Source of the DNA: Gammaproteobacteria bacterium
GTDB taxonomy: Bacteria > Pseudomonadota > Gammaproteobacteria > UBA4575
Length of the DNA stretch: 64,000 bases
Assembly: GCA_965221955.1 (NCBI GenBank)
Contig: CBDCTA010000014.1
Span: 1-64,000, forward strand
Direction: 5' to 3'
In this document: one piece after another, positions 18,700-29,384 of the stretch
Layout: every line of letters begins with the position of its first letter
Position numbering within the stretch: the first letter of the stretch is position 1
Translations under genes and position numbers: made by a program
Notes under the pieces: generated by a model
Told to the model about the DNA's origin: nothing
What the model saw: only the letters and a program-made list of their open reading frames with translations
Database searches by the model: none

Positions 18700-19584
18700 A
18701 TGGCTACACGAATTTTTCTACTGATCGCGACTAACTTTGCAGTAATTGTTGTATTGGGTATCGCTGCACAGCTATTTGGGCTGGATAAAATCATGGCGCA
18801 AAATGGCATGTCAGGCCAGTTAACTGGTTTATTTATTATGTCTTTAATTATTGGTTTTGGCGGTTCGTTTATTTCTTTAGCCATGTCTAAGTGGATGGCA
18901 AAAAGATCAATGGGTGTACGCATGATTGAGCAGCCCTCTAACCAAGTTGAACAATGGCTGATGGATACAGTGCAACGTCAAGCAGAACAAGCCAATATTG
19001 GTATGCCGGAAGTTGGAATTTTTGATACTCCTGAAGTGAATGCGTTTGCGACTGGAATGCGCCGTAACAATGCTTTAGTTGCAGTAAGTACTGGCTTATT
19101 AAATGCTATGAGTCATGATGAGGCGGAAGCGGTCATGGCGCATGAAATTAGTCATGTCGCAAATGGTGATATGGTAACGATGGGACTGATACAAGGTGTG
19201 TTAAATACCTTTGTAGTATTCTTGTCTCGTGTGGTTGGAATTATTGTAGATAAAGCAGTATTTAAATCTAGAAGTGGTTTTGGTCCAGGCTATTACATTG
19301 TCAGCATCATCGCGCAAATTGTATTAGGTGTTTTGGCGAGCATCATTGCGAGTTGGTATTCACGTCGACGAGAGTATCGTGCCGATGCCGGGGGGGCGCA
19401 ATTAGCTGGGCGTGAAAAAATGGCAGCAGCATTGGAGCGCTTAAAAGCCCAACACGAGCCTCAAGAGTTGCCTGGTCAACTTGCCGCGTTTGGTATTTCA
19501 GGTGGCATGAAAGATGGGCTTAGAAAATTGTTTAGTACTCATCCTCCGTTAGAAGATCGGATTGCGGCACTCAGAGAAAGCTAA
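18700..19584 (+). CDS. htpX: Zinc metalloprotease HtpX
   Basis: NAFATG, HEISH, RREYRAD, THPPLEDRI. Confidence 0.95.
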   Translation: MATRIFLLIATNFAVIVVLGIAAQLFGLDKIMAQNGMSGQLTGLFIMSLIIGFGGSFISLAMSKWMAKRSMGVRMIEQPSNQVEQWLMDTVQRQAEQANIGMPEVGIFDTPEVNAFATGMRRNNALVAVSTGLLNAMSHDEAEAVMAHEISHVANGDMVTMGLIQGVLNTFVVFLSRVVGIIVDKAVFKSRSGFGPGYYIVSIIAQIVLGVLASIIASWYSRRREYRADAGGAQLAGREKMAAALERLKAQHEPQELPGQLAAFGISGGMKDGLRKLFSTHPPLEDRIAALRES

Positions 19585-19631
19585 AAAGGAAATAGCCGAA
19601 GAAAAAACTAGACTAGTTGTAAGATTTCTAT

Positions 19632-21704
19632 CTAGAGAGAAAAGTCGTAATTAGGCTGTTCGCCTGGAGGCTGTAAGAAATTACCTTGTGTGTAATTGAT
19701 GCCTAAACTCCAAAGTATGGATAAAGTATCTGCATCTTCTATGAACTGAGCGATCACTTTAGTCCCAACAGGTTTGAGTGCTTCTGCAATTTCGCGAATT
19801 GCAGTTTGGTTTTCTTCATTGTCACTCACGCCAGACATCAAGCTGTGGCAGATTTTCACATAGTTTGCCGGTATGGCCTTTAAAATTTTCGCTGGGTTTT
19901 CGCCTGCACCAAATGAATCGATCGCAATTTCAGCTTTCATGTCTTGTAATGCAGTAACTAATATTTTTGATTCTTTAAAGTGTGATATGAGCACAGATTC
20001 TTTAACTTCAAAACATACGAAATTAGGTGAAATGCCATTGGTATTAAACTGCTCGCCTAACCACGCCGGAAGATCTTTATCCAAAATTGAGTTTGAACTC
20101 AATTTGATAAACAAACGCATATCTGCACCTTTGTTACGAAGTTCAGATAGTTTTTTCAGAGCATTGAGAATAATCCAGCGGTCTAACATTTTGCCAAAGC
20201 CAGTACGTTCAATACGCATGACGAATTCACTGGCTGGAACTAGCTCATGGTCTTTATTGCGAAGAGCGGTGTAAATTTGATAGCGCTCTCCAGGTTCTCC
20301 ATGCAAACTAATTATGGGTTGATACAAAAGTGCAAGTCGATTTTCTTTAACTGCTTCGCGTAACTTAAGTGTCCAACGCTCATCTTTTTCTTGTTCGCCC
20401 ATCTGTTCATCATCAGGCTTGAAGATGACAATTTCATTTTTGTCATTTTCCCAAGCTTCATCACAACAAGTTTTAGCTTTGTTTAAAATATCAGGAACAT
20501 CTGCTGTGAATTGATCGATTTTGACCGCACCAACAGCAGGTTTGATGGAAATGTAATCGCTGCCAGATGAAGTCATTAGTTCCCCGATGCTTTTAATTAC
20601 ACTGGCACCGAATGCTTGCAAGTCTTTAAGATCAATATTGGTTGTGAGTACGCCAAATGATTCTTCGGTTAATTTAGAGAGCGTTTCTCCCTGTGTGCAA
20701 CACTGGCGTAATGTTTTGGCTACATCGTTGCTTACCTTGTCAATTGCAGCAATGCCAAATTTGTCTTTAATATCACTGAAGTTTGCGATATCAATCTGAA
20801 TAAAGGCTTGGGAGGCCTTGCCTTGTTTAGCTTCGTTTGCAGCAGCATCAAGCTGGTCCATGATAGAACGACGGTGATAGAAGCCGGTGTGAACATCGCG
20901 CTCGCTTAAATAGTTTAGTTGTTCTTCTAAGTCCTTGGTGTCACCGCCACTTTCTGAACTTTGAATGACAATCTGAATACATTCTTCACCATTTAAATTT
21001 ACTGCATTGTAATTAAATTTTGCGCTGAACGTTTCGTCATCACCTTTTCGGAAATTAAGACTTGTTTCGCCAGACTCCTTAGACTTGGAAAATGTTTTTA
21101 GCAAGTCTTTCATCTTGTTTTGATCATCTGGTGCGATCAAATCCATGATAGACAAACCATATAATTCTTCGGTGTCTGTGTAGCCAAATTTTTCTAAGTA
21201 TTTTTCATTCGCGTAAGTATGCATACCTTCATGCAAATAACAAATTGCATCACGTGAACTTTCCATGAGTTTCTTGCAACGTACTTCTAACTCATCGCAA
21301 TTATCAGCTATCTCTTTGAGTTGCTGAATATGAAACTGCGTTTTTGCAGTGCTGTTTACTACGAGTTGTAAATGTTCAGGATTATTTTTATTTACTAAAC
21401 TTGAAGCACCTTGTTGCATGTAAGCGACTGGATCTGCTTCAGGTGATTTTGTCAGTGCAATGATAGGAATCTCGGGTGCACGACCATTAATTGTTGAAAC
21501 AGTTTGCTCTAGAGTAACTTCGTTATCTTCAAGTGCATGCAGAATAATATGTGGCTGGGTTTCGCCAAGCAGGGTGGTAAGATCATCCGCGTCTTGCGCA
21601 ATTCGTGAGCGCACAGCAACCCCAGATGTTTTGATGGTGCTAACCATCATTTCAACATCATTAGGACTGCTGTCAACGAATATGAGTTGCAGCGGTTGAT
21701 TCAT
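19632..21704 (-). CDS. FimX-like REC-PAS-GGDEF-EAL protein with degenerate catalytic motifs
   Basis: Domain order matches FimX; GGDEF position reads TEESF, EAL position reads QIYTALR, DDFG reads DSFG. Confidence 0.78.
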   Translation of the reverse strand: MNQPLQLIFVDSSPNDVEMMVSTIKTSGVAVRSRIAQDADDLTTLLGETQPHIILHALEDNEVTLEQTVSTINGRAPEIPIIALTKSPEADPVAYMQQGASSLVNKNNPEHLQLVVNSTAKTQFHIQQLKEIADNCDELEVRCKKLMESSRDAICYLHEGMHTYANEKYLEKFGYTDTEELYGLSIMDLIAPDDQNKMKDLLKTFSKSKESGETSLNFRKGDDETFSAKFNYNAVNLNGEECIQIVIQSSESGGDTKDLEEQLNYLSERDVHTGFYHRRSIMDQLDAAANEAKQGKASQAFIQIDIANFSDIKDKFGIAAIDKVSNDVAKTLRQCCTQGETLSKLTEESFGVLTTNIDLKDLQAFGASVIKSIGELMTSSGSDYISIKPAVGAVKIDQFTADVPDILNKAKTCCDEAWENDKNEIVIFKPDDEQMGEQEKDERWTLKLREAVKENRLALLYQPIISLHGEPGERYQIYTALRNKDHELVPASEFVMRIERTGFGKMLDRWIILNALKKLSELRNKGADMRLFIKLSSNSILDKDLPAWLGEQFNTNGISPNFVCFEVKESVLISHFKESKILVTALQDMKAEIAIDSFGAGENPAKILKAIPANYVKICHSLMSGVSDNEENQTAIREIAEALKPVGTKVIAQFIEDADTLSILWSLGINYTQGNFLQPPGEQPNYDFSL

Positions 21705-21885
21705 AATTCTCGAGTATTCCGTACTTTAGATAGTTTTTGACGTCAATGGTCATTTTGGCAACTGACACTCGCTATGCAACAGGCAGACGACAATGCCTTT
21801 ATTTACACTTCTGAACGGTATCAGGCTCGGCCAGATCGCGTAAATTACTTGATAATTCAGGGACTTCAAAGAGTTAGTCATGCTT

Positions 21886-23700
21886 CTAGTGCTCGTCTTC
21901 ATCTGGCATAGCAGGCATCTCACTATACAAAAACCTGGTAAAGGAAATGGTCTGTTCTAGCTTGTCTTGAAAAATAATGTTTTTACGTTTTCTGTTTTGT
22001 TGCACTAGTAAATTAGCACCGGACACTATTGCATTGGGCGGGGTGATAAGGGTTTTGTTGGTTCCGTTAGAAGTCTCCTCGGTGATCTCTAATACATGAT
22101 CAAAACCACCTCTAAGCTTGTCTGAGCTTTGCTGGATATCAACGACTTCTAGCACTTGGGCGGAGCCATGTAAGGTTTCAATGCCCATTTTTACACCCTG
22201 CTCAGATAGGGATTGCATCCACCGAATCACACCAAGACGCCATTTGTCATTAGGTTTGTCTTCAAGTCGAAGCAAAATAATATCGCCAACTTGGGATTGG
22301 TAATCGGAGATATTGTTGGAATTTAAACAGTAGCCACCCTTACTTGCATTGCTAATATCCCAAGTCTGAATTACTGGATTGAGTGTTACTTTATCAGCCA
22401 CTTTTTCCTTTTCTTTTTCAGGATTCGAATTTTTTGTCTGGTTTTGATCAGCGATAACATTACCTTTGCTAATCCAATCCCAAGCATTTGCGCTTGAGAT
22501 TTCATAACTTTCATCTTCTTGCTCAGAATTGAGATTGAGAAATTGACTTGTGCGACTACTTTCGATAGGCATTAATTCCAAATTAGACCTATTGTCACTC
22601 ACAAAATTTGTATTACTGTTACTGATAATGTTTCCAGTTTGTAAGACTTCTATTGCATCGCGTAACCCTATGACTATATGCACTCTGCCTTTAGGTGGTA
22701 CAGCGCGTTTAGAGCTTCGAATAGGTTTATTAGTTAGTTTGTTTAGTAAACGAGCAGCTAATGACCTGTTTAGTTCATCAGAAGAAGTGGTTAAAGCACT
22801 TTCTCCATCTTCTTCAAGATTGACAGTTTCTTTTAATGCGTGAATCAATGCCGAAGCACTGATATAACGGTTTTTTGATGAAATGGGTATTTCTTGTTCG
22901 GGTATCAAGCGTACAGGCTTCGCGAGAGCTAAGTTTATGTAAAACGTGTACTCATCATTTTCTGGCAGTACATCTGAAAAATTTGTTAGGTGTACGGATT
23001 TATTTATATATGCTGAGATCTTTCCTGCTTCGCCATGTCCGTAAGTGTGTAAATTAGATAAGGATAATAAACATGCCTGAGTAAATAAAGATTTAGGAGA
23101 TGATTTTGAATTTAATTCATCAATATCGTTTTTTATTTGAGTATCTGCAAATTTAAAATGTTCAGAAATTTCATAAAGCTGACATAAGTCCTGCCAGAAG
23201 CTTTGTGGTGGTTCAGAGTAAACTTGAGACAAAGTAATATATTGTTCGAGTTGATAGTAGATTGCGTGATGAACGCAAACGACTAATTTTTTATTGCTGA
23301 GATGATTGTCGCGATTTACAGTTTCTTGAATAATTATTTTATAGGCTACTGCTAATTCATTTAGAATGTTTTGCTGTAACTTTAAAACTTCATTTGCTTT
23401 TTTAGATAATGGAAATGGTTGGGTCTGTAAATACTTGCGCTGTTGTTTAAGAAAGTCATGAGCAACAGGCCGCATTGTTTCGATTGCAGCAAGTCTTTGT
23501 TTAGATGAATGAGCTTGACGATTTGAACGTTTTAAGCCGTTATAAAATTGTTGTACGGCTTGATCTTGGTCTACATACGGTAAGTTTTTTATCCACTTGC
23601 GCAAATCGCGTGGCAATAATGAAAATTTATTTTCTGCCAAAGGGTCCTGATTCGGCATGGAAATGTGAGTATCGAGAAGCATAATTCCTTCAGTAAACAA
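21886..23700 (-). CDS. FimW-like c-di-GMP-binding protein (C-terminal PilZ-like)
   Basis: WIKNLP, WQDLCQLY, RSSKR, NASKGGYCL, WRLGVIRW; adjacent to the FimX-like gene. Confidence 0.65.
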   Translation of the reverse strand: MFTEGIMLLDTHISMPNQDPLAENKFSLLPRDLRKWIKNLPYVDQDQAVQQFYNGLKRSNRQAHSSKQRLAAIETMRPVAHDFLKQQRKYLQTQPFPLSKKANEVLKLQQNILNELAVAYKIIIQETVNRDNHLSNKKLVVCVHHAIYYQLEQYITLSQVYSEPPQSFWQDLCQLYEISEHFKFADTQIKNDIDELNSKSSPKSLFTQACLLSLSNLHTYGHGEAGKISAYINKSVHLTNFSDVLPENDEYTFYINLALAKPVRLIPEQEIPISSKNRYISASALIHALKETVNLEEDGESALTTSSDELNRSLAARLLNKLTNKPIRSSKRAVPPKGRVHIVIGLRDAIEVLQTGNIISNSNTNFVSDNRSNLELMPIESSRTSQFLNLNSEQEDESYEISSANAWDWISKGNVIADQNQTKNSNPEKEKEKVADKVTLNPVIQTWDISNASKGGYCLNSNNISDYQSQVGDIILLRLEDKPNDKWRLGVIRWMQSLSEQGVKMGIETLHGSAQVLEVVDIQQSSDKLRGGFDHVLEITEETSNGTNKTLITPPNAIVSGANLLVQQNRKRKNIIFQDKLEQTISFTRFLYSEMPAMPDEDEH

Positions 23701-23907
23701 TGATTTAAATAGTGCTCAAGAGCGATAAAAATGTTCTTTACTAAGTGTATAGGCTTATACGCTTGGACAGTGCAATTTGCCCTGCGACTTATCTCTAATT
23801 CTTGAAGGTTTGTCCGGAATGAGGTGTCATTTTTGCCATTTACAAGCATAAATGTGACGGTGTTGGCAAATTATGTTGGTTAGGAATTGGTTCTAAATTT
23901 CAGCCGA

Positions 23908-24951
23908 TTAATAGCAAATTAAGCTTTTAGCATGTCTGCCTGGTAATTCTTCAACCAGCTTGGGAACTAAGTAGCCTGGTAAATGTTTTGCAACTACTTG
24001 CATGAGCTTACAAGCTTGTGTTTTAGGTACATCAAAATGCGCAGCTCCTTCTACTTTGTCTAACAAATGCAAGTAATAGGGAAGTACTCCACTGCCAAAT
24101 AATGCTTCGCTAAGTGCGACTAAGGTGGATGGCTCGTCATTGATATTGCGAAGCAGTACGCTTTGATTTAACAGTGTGCAATTTATATCTGTTAATTGTT
24201 GAAGTCTATCATGTAGCTCTTGGTTGATTTCTTGTGGATGATTGATGTGAAGCACTATGATAATTTTGGTTGGGGAAGTTTTTATCCAATCTAATAATTC
24301 ATCGCAAATACGGCTTGGAATCACTACAGGTAGTCGTGTGTGGATACGTACTCGTTTGATATGTTGGATAGAAGATATTTTTTTAATTAATTCGCTAAGT
24401 TCTGAGTCACTTAACACAAGAGGGTCACCGCCACTAAGAATGACTTCATGAATACTGCTGTCATATTCTAGTTCATGCAGTGCTTGTTGCCATGAGTCGT
24501 GTCGTGGATTTTGTACTGAATAAGGGAAGTACCTGCGAAAACAATATCGACAATGAATCGCGCATAAACTTGTTGCTAATAAAAGTGCGCGACCTTTGTA
24601 TTTTTGCAATAAACCTGTCGATTTAACGCTTTGTAAATCACCTACTGGATCTTTTATAAAACCACTAACTTTCTGTTGTTCATATATGGTGGGTAAAATT
24701 TGTAATAATAATGGATCGTTGGGGTTGGATTTTTGTATGCGTTGTAGATAACTTTTAGGTGCACGTAATTTGAATGACTGTTGTGATGTCAGATTGATGG
24801 GTAATTGATCAACTTTTAGTTCTAATATTTGACAGAGTTCCTCGATGTTTGTAACAGAGGATTTGTATTCTTGTTGCCAACCACATAGGGTTTTAAATTC
24901 AGTAGCAGGTTCTTGAAGCGCGTATTCTCGTGTTAGACTATATACATTCAT
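23908..24951 (-). CDS. epmB: EF-P beta-lysylation radical SAM enzyme EpmB
   Basis: [19 protein letters not shown], divergent from efp. Confidence 0.93.
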   Translation of the reverse strand: MNVYSLTREYALQEPATEFKTLCGWQQEYKSSVTNIEELCQILELKVDQLPINLTSQQSFKLRAPKSYLQRIQKSNPNDPLLLQILPTIYEQQKVSGFIKDPVGDLQSVKSTGLLQKYKGRALLLATSLCAIHCRYCFRRYFPYSVQNPRHDSWQQALHELEYDSSIHEVILSGGDPLVLSDSELSELIKKISSIQHIKRVRIHTRLPVVIPSRICDELLDWIKTSPTKIIIVLHINHPQEINQELHDRLQQLTDINCTLLNQSVLLRNINDEPSTLVALSEALFGSGVLPYYLHLLDKVEGAAHFDVPKTQACKLMQVVAKHLPGYLVPKLVEELPGRHAKSLICY

Positions 24952-24984
24952 TACACTTATAAAATCTCATCTAATAATATTAAT

Positions 24985-25554
24985 ATGGCAAGTTACAATA
25001 CTAATGAATTTCGTGCTGGCTTAAAGCTAAATTTAGACGGCGAACCTTATTCCATCGTAGAAAATGAATTTGTAAAACCAGGTAAAGGTCAAGCTTTTAA
25101 TCGAGTTAAAATTCGCAACCTTAAAACGGGGCGGGTAGTAGATCGCACTTTTAAGTCAGGGGAATCCGTTGAGGCTGCTGATGTGATGGATACCGATATG
25201 CAATATTTGTACAGCGATGGTGAAGAATGGCATTTTATGGAGCCTAAATCTTACGAGCAATTTGCAGTCTCAAAAGAAGCAATGGGGGATGCATCGCAAT
25301 GGTTAAAAGGGCAAGAAGATTGTGTAGTAACTCTATTGGATGGAGTGCCATTGTCAGTAACGGTGCCGAATTTTGTTGAATTACAAATTTCTCAAACGGA
25401 TCCTGGTGTGCGTGGAGATACTGCACAAGGAGGTACGAAGCCAGCAACCTTAGAAACGGGTGCGGTGGTGAAAGTGCCTCTGTTTGTAGAAGAGGGAGAA
25501 GTTTTGCGAATTGATACTAGGACTGGGGAATATGTATCGCGCGTAAAAGACTAA
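24985..25554 (+). CDS. efp: Elongation factor P
   Basis: [26 protein letters not shown]. Confidence 0.97.
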   Translation: MASYNTNEFRAGLKLNLDGEPYSIVENEFVKPGKGQAFNRVKIRNLKTGRVVDRTFKSGESVEAADVMDTDMQYLYSDGEEWHFMEPKSYEQFAVSKEAMGDASQWLKGQEDCVVTLLDGVPLSVTVPNFVELQISQTDPGVRGDTAQGGTKPATLETGAVVKVPLFVEEGEVLRIDTRTGEYVSRVKD

Positions 25555-25557
25555 TGT

Positions 25558-25682
25558 CGGGAAACTCTGATTAATCATGACACTTCGTTAAAAAAATTTC
25601 TCGAAATTGCTCATGTATATACCAATACACTTCGCTCTTCTCGAAATATTTTGCCTCATTTTATAATCAATCAGGATTTCCG
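25558..25682. repeat. About 125-bp MITE-like repeat with terminal inverted repeats, copy A
   Basis: CGGGAAACTCTGATT...AATCAGGATTTCCG; homologous to 47105-47230. Confidence 0.75.
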
Positions 25683-25694
25683 TTAGCTATTCTT

Positions 25695-26627
25695 ATGAGT
25701 TGGGAGCCAAGAGCGTCACAATGTGCTTTAGAGGCACGCGCTTATGTGAATGAACAAATTCGTGCGTTCTTTCGCTCAAGGAATGTATTAGAGGTAGAAA
25801 CTCCGATTCTTAATACTCATGCGGTTACGGACCAGCAAATAGACAGTATTGCAACTGAGTATTCGCATTTTCTGCATACTTCCCCAGAGTATGCGATGAA
25901 AAGACTCTTGGCTTTTTATCAAACAGATATCTACCAACTGTGTAAAGTTTTCCGTGCCAATGAACAGGGCAGTCACCATCATAACGAGTTCACCATGCTG
26001 GAATGGTATCGCGTGTCATGGAGTTATAAGGATTTAATACAAGAAGTTGCTAGCTTGGTAAAGACTTTGTTGAGTCGAAGCCATGCATCACTTGAAATAC
26101 AGTTGATTAGTTATCAGCAGATATTCAAAAAACACCTAAATATTGATGTGCAAAACGCCAGTCAGGCAGAATATTTACAAGCTTGTACAGACCATTCAAT
26201 ACGCTTGAATACTGCGTTGACCATACAACAGTATCAAGAGTTGGTGCTCGATCAAATTATTGTTTCAAAGCTACAAGAAAATTGTATGACTTTTATCTAT
26301 GACTTCCCTGCTGAACAAGCAGCATTGGCAAAAATAAATTCAGCCGGTGATGCCGAGCGCTTCGAGTTATATCTGAATGGTTTGGAGTTAGCTAATGGTT
26401 TTCAAGAACTCACTGATGCGCGCCAACAGCAGTTGCGTTTTGAAGAGGATAACCGCAAGCGTTTACAAGAAAACAAGAGTGCGATTGAAATAGATAACCA
26501 TTTTATTGCCGCACTTGAAGCAGGCCTTCCAGAAAGCGCAGGGGTGGCGTTAGGTGTAGATCGTTTGTTGATGATTATGTTGGATGTTAGTCATATTGAT
26601 GAGGTCTTAAGCTTTCCAGCAGCTTAA
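25695..26627 (+). CDS. epmA: EF-P lysine aminoacylase EpmA
   Basis: LHTSPEYAMKRLL, EFTMLEWYR, ELANGFQEL, GVALGVDRL. Confidence 0.95.
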   Translation: MSWEPRASQCALEARAYVNEQIRAFFRSRNVLEVETPILNTHAVTDQQIDSIATEYSHFLHTSPEYAMKRLLAFYQTDIYQLCKVFRANEQGSHHHNEFTMLEWYRVSWSYKDLIQEVASLVKTLLSRSHASLEIQLISYQQIFKKHLNIDVQNASQAEYLQACTDHSIRLNTALTIQQYQELVLDQIIVSKLQENCMTFIYDFPAEQAALAKINSAGDAERFELYLNGLELANGFQELTDARQQQLRFEEDNRKRLQENKSAIEIDNHFIAALEAGLPESAGVALGVDRLLMIMLDVSHIDEVLSFPAA

Positions 26628-26629
26628 CT

Positions 26630-27475
26630 CTAATCTGTGGTTTTGCCTAAAGGCTGCCCCATTTTAATTTCTTGTTGCAGTTGCAAATGGTTATGCCATG
26701 TTACTTTGTTTGCTTCGAATGCCATGATTGCAGTCGAGCCCATATTGAAAATGCCAAGTTCTTGACCTTTTTTTAATTTTACATCCGAATAGGTTTTGCG
26801 CGTTATTCGTTTACCGCGAGGTGGAGTGACTAAGCCTTCCCACGCCATTTCTATTGCGGCTACATTGACAGCGCCGACCATTACTACTGCCATGTAACCA
26901 ATTTTAGTAGAAAAGATTGAAACTACGCGTTCGTTTCTACTATATAAACCTTTAATTACTTCTGCCGAATAAGGTGCAACACTAAAAAGTCGACCAGGCA
27001 CATAAATCATTTCCACTAATTCACCATCAAAAGGCATGTGGACGCGATGATAATTTTTAGGCGATAAATAAATCGTGGCAAAGCTACCTATATTACACAG
27101 TGAGCCGTAATTATTATCTCCACCGAGTAATTGCGACATGGAGAAGTATTGCCCCTTTGCTTGAATCACTTGGCCATTTTCATAGTTCTGAATTTGGCTA
27201 ATTCGACCATCGGCCGGGCAAATAATTGAGTTTGTGTCACTGTCAATTGGTCGAGCATTGGCAATTAATTCACGCGTAAAAAATTTATTGAAGCTCAAAA
27301 ATTGTTCGGGTGCTTGTTGAACAGCCTCGCTCATGTCCACATCAAATGCGCGAATAAAAATTCGAATAGCAGGATTTTTTAATGGTGTTTCTAAACGCGT
27401 TAACCAAAAAGTAAATCGCGACATTAAATGATGAGGGAATAGGTGGAATAAAAATCCCTTAAGTTGCTTCCACAT
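26630..27475 (-). CDS. psd: Phosphatidylserine decarboxylase
   Basis: FNKFFTREL, CPADG, YLSPKNYHRVHMP, FNMGST cleavage motif. Confidence 0.95.
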   Translation of the reverse strand: MWKQLKGFLFHLFPHHLMSRFTFWLTRLETPLKNPAIRIFIRAFDVDMSEAVQQAPEQFLSFNKFFTRELIANARPIDSDTNSIICPADGRISQIQNYENGQVIQAKGQYFSMSQLLGGDNNYGSLCNIGSFATIYLSPKNYHRVHMPFDGELVEMIYVPGRLFSVAPYSAEVIKGLYSRNERVVSIFSTKIGYMAVVMVGAVNVAAIEMAWEGLVTPPRGKRITRKTYSDVKLKKGQELGIFNMGSTAIMAFEANKVTWHNHLQLQQEIKMGQPLGKTTD

Positions 27476-27483
27476 ATTGTTAA

Positions 27484-28173
27484 TTAACTTTTTTGTTTTT
27501 GATTATACGCAGAGTTAATAATTTTAAAGTCATCTGCAATGACATTTGCATCATGCGGAGTGCTAAACAATGCGGTTAGTTTGCCATCGGGTGCGATTAC
27601 GAAAATATGTGCACTGTGGTCTACTAAATAATTTTCATCTTCATCATTAGGGATTGAATAAATTGCACCCAAGCTTTGTGTAAGGCTTTTGAGTTGTTCA
27701 TTGCTCCCCGTTAAGCCAATCATGTCATGGTTAAAGTGTGAGACATATTCTTTTAACTTTTCAGGAGTATCACGTTTAGGGTCAACGGAGATCAAAATAG
27801 TTTGTGATTTTATATTTTCTTCTAACTTGCTGCTTGCCTGATCTAAAACGCTTAATGTTATTGGGCATACATCTGGGCAGTGAGTGAAACCAAAAAAAAT
27901 AAAGCTCCATTTGTTGTTAAGATCTTTGTTAGAAAATTCACTGCCAAGGTGATTGGTCATAGAAAAGTTTGGTAGTTCACGAGGATTTTCATTTAAAGAA
28001 ACTGCTTTCTGTAAGTTTTCTATATTGGCTGAATTTTTTTTGATGTGCTGATAAGCGTAAACAGCAATACCGATAGCAAATGCTGCGATTGCGGCGAGCA
28101 TAATAGACGAGGTGCTGCCATGCTGTTGTGCATGCTTGCACAGAGAAGTTGGATTTGCAGTAAATAAATTCAT
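27484..28173 (-). CDS. SCO/SenC family copper chaperone
   Basis: FFGFTHCPDVCP, ISVDPKRD, YLVDHS. Confidence 0.92.
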   Translation of the reverse strand: MNLFTANPTSLCKHAQQHGSTSSIMLAAIAAFAIGIAVYAYQHIKKNSANIENLQKAVSLNENPRELPNFSMTNHLGSEFSNKDLNNKWSFIFFGFTHCPDVCPITLSVLDQASSKLEENIKSQTILISVDPKRDTPEKLKEYVSHFNHDMIGLTGSNEQLKSLTQSLGAIYSIPNDEDENYLVDHSAHIFVIAPDGKLTALFSTPHDANVIADDFKIINSAYNQKQKS

Positions 28174-28254
28174 CCTATTATTATTCCATAGCTGGCATAG
28201 GTGTATATCAAGCGAAGTAGATAGTTCAGTGCGACAAGATGTTACAATTATAAA

Positions 28255-29355
28255 ATGTCAGGTAATTCAATTGGTAAACTTTTCACGGTCAGCTCCTTTG
28301 GCGAAAGTCATGGTAAAGCCATAGGCTGCATTGTGGATGGTTGTCCTCCAGGCTTGACGCTTAGTGAAGAAGATTTGCAAAGTGATCTAGAGCGCCGTCG
28401 ACCTGGCAAGTCACGGCATACCACTCAGCGACGCGAGCTCGATCAAGTAGAAATTCTTTCCGGTACTTTTGAGGGAGTCACTACAGGTGCGCCGATAGGT
28501 CTGATCATTTATAACCAAGATGCGCGTTCCAAAGATTATTCAGAAATTAAAGATAAGTTTCGCCCTGGGCATGCAGACTACACCTACTTGAAGAAATATG
28601 GTTTGCGTGATTATCGAGGAGGGGGGCGTTCTTCTGCCAGAGAAACGGCTATGCGCGTTGCCGCAGCAGGAATCGCGCGTAAATACTTAAAAGAAAAAAT
28701 AGGAATCGAGATACGTGCATACCTTGCGCAATTGGGTTCTATTGTTATTGAGCATCAAGATTGGAATGTGGTTGAGCAAAATCCTTTTTTCTGTCCAGAT
28801 GAAAATAAGGTGTCCGAGCTAGAAAGTTATATGGATGATTTACGTAAGCAAGGTGATTCCGCAGGTGCGCGTGTAAATGTAGTCGCTAACAATGTGCCAG
28901 TAGGGCTAGGCGAACCTGTGTTTGATCGTATCGATGCTGATATTGCGCATGCCATGATGAGTATCAATGCGGTTAAAGGTGTAGAAATTGGTGCAGGCTT
29001 TAATAGTGTTGCACAAAAAGGTTCTGAGCATCGTGATGAAATTACACCACAAGGTTTTGTTACCAATCATGCAGGTGGTACCTTGGGTGGAATTAGTTCG
29101 GGGCAAGATATTTTAGTGAGTGTAGCGTTTAAGCCAACATCAAGCATTCGTATTCCTGGGAAAACGATTAACAAAGAAGGTGATGCAACAGAGATTGTAA
29201 CTACAGGCAGACATGATCCTTGTGTGGGTATTCGTGGCGTGCCAATAGTCGAAGCAATGCTTGCTTTAGTTTTAATGGATCATGTATTGCGTCATCGCGC
29301 TCAAAATGCTGATGTAACTTGCACAACACCAGACATTCCATCTGCAGTTAAATAA
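28255..29355 (+). CDS. aroC: Chorismate synthase
   Basis: [28 protein letters not shown]. Confidence 0.97.
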   Translation: MSGNSIGKLFTVSSFGESHGKAIGCIVDGCPPGLTLSEEDLQSDLERRRPGKSRHTTQRRELDQVEILSGTFEGVTTGAPIGLIIYNQDARSKDYSEIKDKFRPGHADYTYLKKYGLRDYRGGGRSSARETAMRVAAAGIARKYLKEKIGIEIRAYLAQLGSIVIEHQDWNVVEQNPFFCPDENKVSELESYMDDLRKQGDSAGARVNVVANNVPVGLGEPVFDRIDADIAHAMMSINAVKGVEIGAGFNSVAQKGSEHRDEITPQGFVTNHAGGTLGGISSGQDILVSVAFKPTSSIRIPGKTINKEGDATEIVTTGRHDPCVGIRGVPIVEAMLALVLMDHVLRHRAQNADVTCTTPDIPSAVK

Positions 29356-29384
29356 TTCAGTACTCGCTTAACGTTTTTTAATTT

